Shown: piece by piece, positions 1 through 11,400 of the stretch
Layout of the letters: each line of letters starts with the position of its first letter
Position numbering within the stretch: position 1 is the stretch's first letter
Translations under genes and position numbers: made by a program
The notes under the pieces: model-generated
Told to the model about the DNA's origin: nothing
Seen by the model: only the letters and a program-made list of their open reading frames with translations
Database searches by the model: none
NCBI RefSeq assembly: GCF_000143415.4
Contig: NW_003314513.1
Coordinates: forward strand, 1 to 19,012
Length of the DNA: 19,012 nt
Direction: 5' to 3'
DNA from: Selaginella moellendorffii
Taxonomy: Eukaryota > Plantae > Lycopodiophyta

Positions 1-437
1 AAGCAAAACCCTTTTAATTCAAAATGTAAGACAAACTTATTTAAACATCTTGATGCTCTCCTTCATCATGCTCAAGCTTTCAAAATGATGTATGAAATGG
101 AACAAGAAGAAATTTGTTTTGCTACACTTTCAGGTTACTCTATATATAGTGTTTACATGTTATTAAAAACTGAAGGAACTAATCCACGATGCTATAATGC
201 TTCATGGACAAATGATGTTGTTGTTGTGTTTGTTAGTGATGATGGAGAACTGCCACATAGTCATGAAATTTGTATATATCCAACTATAAGCAATTCTAAA
301 TGTATCTCAACACTTGATTATAATTGTGATCCAATAGTTCCCAAGTTGCACTTGTATATGCTTCTTGCAATGTTATACTTTTGGTAGGTCTTTAATCCCT
401 TACAAACATATGTATTTTATATATTTAATGATTTTTG

Positions 438-815
438 GGATGAATTCAAATGTTAAAATGTTAATATGAGGAGTTCATAATATTAAGAAAAAATTAGATA
501 TTAGTATTGTATTTGAATTTAAAAAAATTATTATAAAATATTAATTATAAGTTACACATAACATAACAAAGGGCATTTCTTAAAGTTACACTCAAATGGA
601 TTTTACAGTAATAATTAAATATTTAATAATAATAAATATTAAAACTTAAAATAATACTTTCTTCTGTAAATTAGGTTACAAGGCAAAACCTCTATTAATT
701 AGGAAATATTGCCACTCATATTTAAATATTATTTAAATTACTAGTTTGTTTAAAATACCTCCTTAATAAAAATATTGCCATAAGAAAATATTCTTTAGTG
801 TACCAGAATATTTTA
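438..815 (+). repeat. Diverged AT-rich dispersed repeat, copy 1 (related copies at ~4906-5294 and partial ~6710-6855)
   Basis: Collinear shared blocks: ggatgaattcaaatgttaaa vs ggatggatccaagtgttaaa; gatattagtattgtatttgaatttaaaa vs gatattgatattgcatttgaaattaaaa; gggcatttctt (571/5031); taaattagg...aaacctcta (667/5143/6827); aaaatattctttagtgta (~785/~5264). Confidence 0.7.
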
Positions 816-2121
816 AAATTTTATTCTTAATGACTCTTTTTGTTGACCTGGCTCTCTCTATTAGCAAATTGTACATCACCTAGTAAACTTTTAATGATTA
901 GTTTCTTTGAATTGATCAAGTGTGCCCAATATCTCTTTTTTTTTTGTTCAGGGGCTATGAGACACCAAAAGCAAATGTGCTTAAACTTTAAAAGAATGTG
1001 AAGGTGACATTTCCAATTTTGAAATTTTGTAAGAAAGAAAATTTACTCATTTTAAAATACTTTTAGCTATACAATTATGTAGCTAAATATGTTTACTAGC
1101 AAACCAAAATACCAAATAATATTTGTGTTACTAGTAATTAAAATAATAATACATAATATTTACCAGGAGGAGGAGGAACAAGGCTAGTGTTTTTCAAGTA
1201 AAGAAATTGGCAAAACCAACACAATATAAATCAAATTGGTATGATTTAGAACAACTTTGCAAGGAGTTCCTCTTGTACACATCAAGCAGCCCATCCTGTG
1301 GCTTCCACACACATCTCTTTTGAGGGTATGCTCCACAAATCCCTCAGCCTTAAACCTGGATATCAATCCCAAATATCCAAAGCTTTTCTTTTCACCATTC
1401 TAGTACTCATCGATGAGGTTTGGAAGGACTAGCAAGCTTTTGTAGCCAAGTAGCTGTATGTAAATGGTACGTACATACTCAAGGTCATGAAATCTCATTT
1501 TGGTGACATCCTATGAAGTGCGATACCAGCATCTCCAAATATGTTCGATTGTTGGATCGTTCCAGGCGTTTTGATGAATTTTACTCTAGACAAGCTGTGG
1601 ATTCATATCAATATGGAGCTATGTTGCACTGTGAGAATATTAAAACAGCAATGGATAGATATTTATCTTGTGTTCCTTTTTCCCATTTTTTTGCAAAAGG
1701 AAGTAGTTTGTGCATACTGATAGCTTATGTCTCCATGAGCTCCATGACTCGCATTCAATGAGTGCCAAATTTCCAGAGGTTTGAAAAGCGAGTAAAAAAG
1801 TTTCGTTCACTACATTAGAATTGAGCCTAAAAAGGAGTTACCATCAAATTAAAGTTGTTTTCACTTTTGGAAATATTTGTACCTAGAGCATTTCGTGATT
1901 GTGAGATTAAATCACTGTTCACATCTAGGTTTGGGCTCTTTAGCATGCTCAAGCCCGATGGCACCCTTGCTGACAATCCATAGTGTCACCAGCTCTCTGA
2001 GTCCACTCGTTTTTTTTTTCACAAAGCCAAAAGTACCTCTTTATTTTTTCTAAGTCAAGGGTTAGGTTATAATCTTTCTCGCTTGGATTTTTCTATTGTC
2101 AAAGCTCTCGTCAGGTAAGCT

Positions 2122-2694
2122 ATGGTCTCTCGTGCTCACGCCGCCCCAATGCTTGCCCGCCGAGCTCAAGCGCCCTGGCATGGCGGCCATCACCGAGCTT
2201 CACACCCGCAAGCTCCAGCTCTAGCTCCAGCACATCCAGCACACCACCATGGACACCAAGGCCACGAGCCAGCGCCAGCTTTAGCTCCAGTTCTTCAAGG
2301 TGACGCTCCAGATCGAGCCCCAGTGCCAGCTGCTTTCGTTCACCCTGCTCACGACCACCCTGCTCATCTAGCTCCAGCGCCTGCTATCCTCGATCATGCT
2401 CGCCACCACCATCCAGCTCCAGCAGCAGCAGTGTACCATCATCATCACGGTGATGGAGCTCCTCTGGTTGTTCACCACCATCACCATGGTCACCACCATG
2501 GAGGACGCCACAACCACCACCACCACCACCACCATCGTCGCGACGGTCACGACGCAGCAGTGGCCACACCAACACCCGCAGTAGTAGTTACAGTGGTTCG
2601 GAGGACGACGTGGTCGCTGCTCCAGCTGCTTCTCTGGGTTTTGGTTGCGATCTTGGTGCTGCTCGCGTGCTTTTTGCTCGTGCGATGGATGTGA
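2122..2694 (+). CDS. His/Ala/Pro-rich protein with C-terminal hydrophobic anchor (arabinogalactan-protein-like)
   Basis: 190-aa ORF with about 40 His, repeated APALAP/APAPA motifs and a terminal ~24-aa hydrophobic run (WSLLQLLLWVLVAILVLLACFLLV). It is a GC-rich island in AT-rich surroundings. The true N-terminus may lie in an upstream exon. Confidence 0.55.
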   Translation: MVSRAHAAPMLARRAQAPWHGGHHRASHPQAPALAPAHPAHHHGHQGHEPAPALAPVLQGDAPDRAPVPAAFVHPAHDHPAHLAPAPAILDHARHHHPAPAAAVYHHHHGDGAPLVVHHHHHGHHHGGRHNHHHHHHHRRDGHDAAVATPTPAVVVTVVRRTTWSLLQLLLWVLVAILVLLACFLLVRWM

Positions 2695-3099
2695 TCTCGA
2701 AGGAAGCAGCGCAGTAATGTGATCTTTCAGGATCCCGGGTGGCAGATCGAAGTTGTGGTGGACGATCCTCCGACTGAGAAGAAACAGCTGGAAGCTCACA
2801 CTCGTGGTTCGCACAGCAATGGCACTCTAGGATTCTCCTCAAAGTGTCCTGCAAACACTGGCAGTGACGCGTAACTCAGCACAGTGCATGCGTTGTCACA
2901 TGGAAGATTGTGTACAAACAATCTTCAAGGAGATGAAGTTGCAGAGCAAGAAGACAGCAGGCTCTTGCTCACGGACAGTGAAGATCACATAACCAGACTT
3001 GGAAGTTATTGCACAGCTGGCTCGGAACATGGACTGGAAAATAGAGCAAGAACCTACCAAGTTTCGATTTGACTGAGCTATCCTCTAGAGTGACGGGGG

Positions 3100-3900
3100 A
3101 GCAGACGTCAGTGCACCTCCAAAGGCCAGAGAAGTTGCTTGAGACGAAAGGTTTGAGAAAAGGTAACGTAGTACTTTTGCTCTCTGTTCTTGCAGGCGCT
3201 CAAAGCTCAACTTCGATGAGAAGACGCAGTGCAGGGCATAGCAGCCAGATAAGTTTCTCCAGAGTCAAGCCGGGAATCAAGCAAGTGCACTTGTGAAAGT
3301 ATGGTCGAAGTCTACACTGCGGCTTGCAACACAGGTTGTTCAACAGGATGGGACGAAGAACAGGATAGGTTGGTCTACCTCGCAAATTGTGAATACAAAG
3401 CCGATGCATTCGTCACAAGCAGCCTCGTGGACATGTGGAAGCATCAGAAGTGTTCAGGAGGACAAATAAACATGACGTTGGTTGCCTGGAACATGATCAT
3501 CATGGGACAGCACGTCTTCTATCAGATGAAACGAGAAGCTGGCCTGCCTCCAAACGCTGAGACTTTGCATGGAGTAGCAAAACATCGTTTCCTGGGCTAT
3601 GCTGAGAACAACCTTTGCTCTTGAGTGCTATGAGCAAGCCAGCAGCCAAACGCTCAGACTTTCATGGTGGTGCTCAAGGCACACAGCGACTTAGCAGAGA
3701 AGAGGCTCCACTCACAAATCTGGGAGAGAAATCTGGATGGAATCCACTACTCAGCATGCTTGCTCAATGAGAGAAAAGCTTATCTCGGGAGGTTGGTAAA
3801 CTTTGCAAGGAAAGAGTGTGATGCAAGGTTGATGGAGCTGTCCATAAAACCCAAACAAAGATGGCACCTGAAAAGACGCAAAAGGATCTTAAGTGGCACA
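3100..3900 (+). pseudogene. Decayed PLS-class pentatricopeptide repeat (PPR) gene
   Basis: PPR motif remnants in broken frames: GLRKGNVVLLLSVLAG, ADAFVTSSLVDMWKHQKC, LVAWNMIIMG, VFYQMKREAGLPPNAETLHGV, QPNAQTFMVVLKAHS, IHYSACLL. They are separated by stops, frameshifts and deletions. Confidence 0.75.
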
Positions 3901-3937
3901 CCATGGTGATATTATTCCATATCAATAGTAGAATAAA

Positions 3938-4440
3938 CAAGAATATACTAGAAAGTGTTTAGGAAAGAATATAATAATAAATTGCTACGCGTTGCATGTA
4001 GCAACGCTTGGTTTGCTTAATGGTAGTTTTATTATTACTTATTAATCTAATTGATCAAATAAAATTTATAATCATAAGCATGTTAGTAATTTATAAACAC
4101 AAGATTAATCTTATTGCATATCAACCATTAGATAATAGAATAAAAAAGAATATACTAGAAAGGGTTTAGGAAAGTTTATAAATTATAAACATGTTTATAA
4201 ATTATAAATACCAGATTAATCTAAATGAATACCAACCGTTAGATGGTAGAATATCCCAGAATATCCAAGCATATTCTAGGTATATTCACTACCATCCCAG
4301 TTCCCCTATAGGTTTGCTTAAGCAAACCAAAAAGATTAATCTAAATGAACAACAACTATTAGCTATTAAAATATCCTAGAATCTCCAAGCATATTTAAAT
4401 ATAGTCAATACTGCTACAGGTTTGCTTAAGCAAACCAATT
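3938..4440. repeat. Local duplications with a perfect 18-bp palindrome (probable non-autonomous element remnant)
   Basis: aagaatatactagaaagKgtttaggaaag at ~3939 and ~4146; agattaatct... at ~4102, 4213 and 4333; GGTTTGCTTAAGCAAACC at 4311-4328 and 4419-4436, ending two ~110-120 bp tandem units. Confidence 0.65.
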
Positions 4441-4905
4441 ATAGATTTATAGTGTTTGGTCACTTTAAATCTGTACAAGCCTATTCACGAATGTATTTAC
4501 ATAAGTATATAGAACTTTTTTCATTAGTGTATATGGGACTTAATTTTCTCCAAGATTTTATTGTAGATTAGATGTTATATTCTTCTTTCAACCATGCCCT
4601 GTACATATATACAAACTTTATAATTACAATTCAAGTTCTTTAAATCTTTTTTGATTTCATATTAGTAGACGAGAAACAACAAATATATGAGATTACAAAT
4701 ACTTGGTCAAAGGAAGCAAAGACAACATACTTAAAGGCATTATAATTAAAAGTAAAAGATCAAGGTAAAGCAGCAATACCATCATCACGAGTATATGATT
4801 CTCATTTATGGAAGTGACACTGTAAATAGAAAGCTTTACAACAAAGTTGCAATTACACATAATTCTTTAAATGTTAAAATTCTAGAGTATTTTATCCTTT
4901 GCATA

Positions 4906-5294
4906 GGATGGATCCAAGTGTTAAACTTTGGATTCATTATAACATCTGAATATGAGGTGAAAATAATAGATATTGATATTGCATTTGAAATTAAAATAAA
5001 TTTTATATAAATGACATTGAAAAAAATATAGGGCATTTCTTATAATTACACTAAAAATGTAATAAAAGCATATTATAGATATATATCGTTAATAATTAGT
5101 ATCAGTACTAATTATTAGATATAAAAATAATAATTGTTTCTCTAAATTAGGTGATAATGCAAAGCCTCTATCAAATAGAAACTATTGCCAATAAAGTTTA
5201 GATACTTAAATTACTATTTTAAAAATATCTGTTTAATAAAAATATTACAGCTAAAACCTCAATAAAATATTCTTTAGTGTATAAAAATATTTTT
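4906..5294 (+). repeat. Diverged AT-rich dispersed repeat, copy 2
   Basis: Collinear similarity to 438-815 (see copy 1). Confidence 0.7.
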
Positions 5295-7602
5295 GTGAAC
5301 TCCTTTATTTAAGTTCTCTTTATTATCAAATCCTTTTATATAGAGCATAATCCTTGATGGTAATAGTTATTTAAGAGAAATGCTATTTTAAGTTCTTTTT
5401 TGAACAATGTATATCATGTTGGAATAAAACTTTCAACACCACAAATGCTTTACAGTTTCATGAGTAATGAAGCATAAAATAATTGTGGAGGCATTAGAAT
5501 TATATGTAATGGTTCCAAAAATAAAATTTTAATTATCTGAAAGTGGAGTTGCCTTCTCTATCAAGAGTAGAGTTACATGAACATATAAAAAAATGCATTC
5601 GAGGTGAATACCATGATAAACACAATTGATTGTGCTAGAGTTTAAAAAGTACAAACACTTTAGAAAATTTAAACAAGTAATACAAGTTTATACATTTTAG
5701 TGGGTTGAAGGTAATGTTTATAGAGAATACAAGTTTAGAATTATAGACTCAGCTAACATGGTGGTTTAGCTGTTTTCTACATTTAAAGGCTTTAATTATT
5801 TCTCAGATAAAGAACTACCAGCATTGATTTCTTTATTAATTCTCTTTCTTTATTAAATGAGTTTTAAATTACTTGCTACCCACTATTGAAAACAATTTGC
5901 TCTAAATGCATATTTTAATATAAAACTTTCTTGGTCACCTCTATCTTACAATAGACCTTTATGCACTCTTATATAAAAGGCTAAGTTATAATAAAATACA
6001 TATAATTTTAAAGATTTGTTGGAATGTTTATTTACTATAACATTGACACAACCTCTTAGTCACAACCTCACAAAGTGATGGGATCAACTTTAAATGCTAT
6101 TGGAATTTAATTTAGAATGAAACCAATTAAGAACCTTAAAACTCTCAGACGAAAACAATAAGTAAGCCCAAGCAATTGAGAAATTTGTACCATCCCAAAC
6201 ATGAGTATGTAACTATAGAACATAGAGGACCAATACTTTTGAGCAATTAAAAGCTTAGCTACTTTTAAGTCAAAGAATAAAATATTCATAAGATTTAGTG
6301 AGCTATATGTCAACCTAGAGCAAGTTCTACAGTCAAATATTTTGTTTGGATTGGAGGAATATTATGTGGTAAGAAAATTATTATATGAACTTTACGCACC
6401 TAGCTGATTGTTTTTGTAGATGAAAACAATATGGCAATCCTCCAGAACAATGTGATCAATTCATATGGTTATGCCTTACGAAAGTTCTGCACACATGGTC
6501 AATTATTCAAAAACCAAAAGATATACCATATATTTAGTTATTTGGGTGAAATTGATGAATTTGGAGCTTTATGCTTTTGTTGAAACAAGCTTTAAATTTG
6601 AAATGAACACTTTACAACTATAATAACAATCTCACTTTTCTCAAGAAATTAATGTTCCTTAACATTAAAAATGCATGGTCAGAGGAATCAAAGACATTGG
6701 AAAAGAACTAGTTATTAGTATTGTAATTTAATTTGATATATTTAAAAATAAAAATTAATATATAAATTAGGATTTTATAGTAATAATTATATATTTAGTA
6801 ATACTAAATATAGTCAATTTATTATTTAAATTAGGTCAGAAATAGAAACCTCTAAAATTTTAGATTGTGAGTGTATGGAATATAGAAAGAGAATACAAAA
6901 AATATGCATCAGCCCAAAAAACTTAGTTTATATATAGGAACAAGTGGTCTGGATTGAAACTAATCTGATGGCTACTAAAATCCCACTACACTAATATTAA
7001 TATACAGCATCATAGCCGTACACTTGGACTTAGACCTCACATCATCCCTCCTCTCGGAATAATGGAAGACCATTAGGGTTCTTTTGTAGATGGGCTGGGA
7101 TCTAGAGGAATGTCAGGAGGAGGCATTGGCAGATCTGTAGGTGGTATTAATTGTTTCTGATCTTTTTATATGAAAGCTCTATTTCGTTAAAGTGGGAATT
7201 GTCATTATCCCACTTGTAAAATAAGGTTTCCAAACCTTTATATAGTATATAAATATAACAAAATTCAACTGCATTGAGGCACATGCCATTTTATTTTAAA
7301 CAAGGAAATGTCTACTCAATCACTTCTCCTCCCCCTGCCACTGCTTCACCTCTCTCTTCTCCTTGTCATCGTCGTCCAATTTCTTTCCATCCTTTTAATA
7401 TTGGCTCAGTTGCTCCGAGTCTAGGTGGAGCCCAAGTCCCCATTCAATCTTTACTTTCCCCTTATTAATAAAACAACTTCGTAGACTTCCAATAACATGC
7501 TGTAAATGCAAATCCTCTCAAAGAATTGTCTTTTAATATTAATACAATGGCATGGAACCCCATGCCATAATAAGTTACATTTTTAAATAAATACATGCCA
7601 TC

Positions 7603-8465
7603 TCAGACTGTTATTTTTTGCCTCCAACGCCTATACAATAATCTTGGAATTTCATCACTCTCCACACTATCAGGATTTAAACCCAATAGTAATGCCATCT
7701 CTTCTCTAATACGTCCACGCTCATGTTCAGTGGTCGAAGAACCCATCCGGTTGAGCAGATTATGGAGATGCGGATAGTGCTTGGCTAGACAATATACATG
7801 CCATAAATGATGACTGGTGTCTGTCCGATCAAATGGCTTCTGATATACCGTTCCATCTGCCACTTGGTTGATTTCTGCAGCCACCTCCTGGACTGGCCGG
7901 TTCTCTATCACCATCGCTTCAAGCCGTTTTGCAAGGTCCCCCAAAACATACGGTTTCTTCTCCCTAGTTTCCATACTGCAAGAGATGGGGTGCACTGCAT
8001 ATGTGTGCGTGTTCGCTGCAGTTTTAATCGGCGAGTCATCGATGATGAAGATTTCACTTGACCTAGCAGTCCGGTTCATCACTACAGCCTCTGGCTTGAT
8101 GAAGATGGGCTTGCTACCCCTCACATGGACCATAGTCAAGCAATCCTCCTGCGTTAGGAGAAAGTCAAATGGTAATATTACTCGCATCTGATCGTGCATC
8201 ATCTGTAGCAATGTTAATGCATTGTGGCGCATCATGGATGTCCAAACTCCCAATTGCAAATTGAACCCAGCCCTCTGTTTTAAGTGTCACATGGTCATTA
8301 TTAGATCCCGTAGTTTCTCCTGTGTGATTAATGTGAATCTGTCTCTTTTGACCAACTTGCGACCGCAGGCTTTGGAGGGTGCAGTGACATTCGAGGACGA
8401 GCCACGCTCATGGGAGAAAAGGACACCGTTCAGATAAAAAATGATACAGTACTTTCGCCGTGACT
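7603..8465 (-). pseudogene. Terminal exon encoding an FCP1/SCP/NIF-like HAD phosphatase domain, catalytically degenerate and interrupted by a stop
   Basis: KYCIIFYLNGVL (compare KLLVLDLNGLL motif I; Asp to Tyr), LGVWTSMMRHNA, FLLTQEDC...KPIFIK, IFIIDDSPIKTAAN...VHP. ORFs 8287..8487 and 7603..8259 are in the same frame, split by one TGA. Confidence 0.7.
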
Positions 8466-11400
8466 CTGAAATGAAATGCGTCAGCATAAAAAATGGTACA
8501 AGTCAATTTTACCATCTACAATATTAGCGAATGGTGCTCCCGATGGTCGTTCAGAGGGTTTTGGTCGAGGAAACGTGAAGGGCGGAAATACTCTCCTCTG
8601 CAATGTGGGGTCAATCGCATCCGATGGCGTGTGGGCACATGCCATTTCAGCTGTAGACTCTGGTACAACTGGCTCAACAGTGGCATGGGGTGGTTCCGAT
8701 GGCGTGTGATCACACGCCATTTCAGCTGGTGCCTCCGTTGGCAAAGTGGACATGACCGAACAGGCAGCAGGGGCGGTGTAGGGAGGTTCCAACGGCGCGT
8801 AGTCAGACGATTGGGCACACGTTGGAAATGAGGATACAACCGGCTCGGCGGCTGGGGCGGCCTCATGCGGGTCCAATGGCGCCTGGTCACCGTCAGTTGG
8901 ATACGTGGACAAGATTGACTCAATGGTATGGGCAGCATCAAGTGGAGCGTGGTCAGCTTGCTTGGCGTTGATATGGATAGTAGCCTCCACCAGCTCTGAT
9001 GACTCTTGCAGGCAAGTAGAGTCCACTGGCGGATCCATATGCATGTCCAAATATCTCCCTTCGATTGAGATGGTATCCTCCCGTGCTACTAAAAACAAAC
9101 TCATTAGCACATTGAATCGACTATACTGTATTTACCATCAACTGCTATTGAGGAACTAGGACCGATATCACTTGGGCACACTGCTGATTCTGAAGGATTG
9201 GACATACGTTTCGACCCTTGCTTGGCACTATCCTTCCTCGACACTAAAGGCTAGAGTTTGTATCTTAATTCAACTGAATAATCTCTACTTACCATTTCTT
9301 CTGCGACCTACATGGACAATGTTAGAAATGGTAAAAGGTTAGGAATGGATGTACTATTATTTACCTGATGGTTTGTCTTGTATGACCTTCCTCCGCTGCT
9401 CTTTGGCCACCTCAGGCTGGCCATCGTCGTCATCATCGTCATCGTCGTTATTGTGATCGTCACCATTGTGAGGACCATCCAAGTCCTCTTCGTCCTCCTC
9501 TTCTTCATCCTCCTCTTCTTCGTCCTCCTCTTCTTTGTCCTCCTCTTCGTCCTTCTGCTCTTCCTGCTCATTATCTTTCTCTGGCTCTTCATCCCCCTCT
9601 TGCATTTCTTCCATAGGCTGCTCAGGCTGGATGGCTTGTTTTTCCAGGACCATCTTGGGAAAATCATCTGGCCGAGTCTCCATCTCAAAATACAAGACAT
9701 CCATAGCCTGTTTTAGTGCGTGACCTAGGACCGTATCCTCACCCGACTGTCTTAACATAGTTTCTGCACGTTCTTGCACCCTTCGAAGACGACGAGATGA
9801 GAAAAACGTGGCCCTGACTTGAAAAGCATCCCTCATCCATTGTACCTCTCCATTGAGATTGGGGAAGGGGAGTCCGCCATAGGAATCTGAGTCAGAAGGT
9901 GGTGACTGGCTCCTTTCACTCAGCCCTTGATCTGCAATGAATGGCATGAGCACACACGCCATAACCGCGAGGCATTACCTATCATCTTTTCGTTGCCCTT
10001 CTTCCTTTTCGAATCAAACGCCTCTGATCCCGACGACTGTCGAACGTGCTTTCGCTTTTTATGACCACTGTCAGTTTGAGCTTGGCTGGTGCTTGCCTGT
10101 TTTGCCTTTGAAGAAGTGTCTCCTGCAAGGAATGGCATGAGACCACACGCCATTGCAAATATAATTTGTACCTCCTTTTTTCCTATTGCTTGTCTGTTTG
10201 TCCTTCTTCGACGCGCCACCAGTGCGCTCAGTCCTCGTGTCTGAATATTCACAACGATCTATAATCAAAATGGCGTGAGGCCTCATGTGACCTTACCTTG
10301 TGCAGGTTGTGACCTCGGCCTAACATCAGTAGCTGTTAACGCCGTTTCAGCATCTGGGGGTGGCCACGCTCCTGCATACAGAGCTTGTGAGATAACATTT
10401 AAACTTAAAGTGCGTACTCACCAGGTTCGTAGAGAAGATACTGTTTTTCTTTGGCAACTGTAATTATATGCTCCATTGAAGTCACCTCTTCAATGGAGTT
10501 TGTCACCGCAACACACGGGACACCCTTGAGTAGTGCGGCTCGAAAGAATAGTCCGCCGCAGTTGTACTCGACAACGCATTTGCCCTTGGAGTCACCCGCT
10601 ATTGCGTTGAAGACCCAACTGAGCATTTCCCATGCTGCACCTGGAGCTTTCTTTGGATTCGAAAGCTCCATAGCCGTCTTCAGTTCCTCAGGCACGGGTA
10701 AATTGACCTCCCTCAGATCAATTCGATCGGCTTTGTTGAACGAAGCTGGGAAGTCACTCCAGTCCCACTCTGCTGCAGGACCAATAACAAGGGCGACTGT
10801 GAAGATGCGGACATTCGTCGGTATCTTCTTCTTAGCCATTATCCCATGGATCTCCCGCATCTCCTTGCCTTTCAACCGAGCCTTCACCTCGTTCAAGGCC
10901 TTCCAGAACTTGTGATAGGATTCGGAGTCGTAGATCATATAGTGGACTGAAGATTCCACCTCCGCAAGTCCCACCATTAAGTCAATGATGGAGCTGACTT
11001 CGTCTGCATGAGTGATCTCCTCGTTTGTGAAGTCCATCACACAAAAGATGTTCTTGACCTTCTCATCTCCGCGGGAAACGATGCTCCTCCACCTTTGATC
11101 CTCATCCGAATTCACGTATACCCGATAAGGTTCTCGATAGGCCTCTGCTGCGGGGTCGAGCTGTTTCTGAAGCCGGCGGTCGACATCCCTCTTAATGAAA
11201 TTTGGATACTGATCCAACTTCTCAGCTTTACTTTTCGTGGCATCCCGCAGCAGATCGATGAACTTGGGGGCCCCCTTCACGTACTCGTCGATGTCTTCAT
11301 TTGACAAGTCCAGCTCTTCCATCATCTCTTGCGTGGTGTCGATGCTCACCCTCGCCACGGCCACTTGCTCGAAGATCCAATCCTTCAATAGCGCACGAGC

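Noticed and set aside
85-1761. Short ORFs 85..387, 1184..1372 and 1513..1761
   Set aside because: No recognisable domain or supportable exon chain.
2368-2854. Alternative-frame ORFs over the His-rich gene (poly-V, poly-G, poly-T)
   Set aside because: By-products of the CAC/CCA triplet repeats.
4600-7150. Possible decayed coding sequence in the AT-rich block
   Set aside because: Some stretches look formerly coding, but stops are dense and I could not recognise any family.
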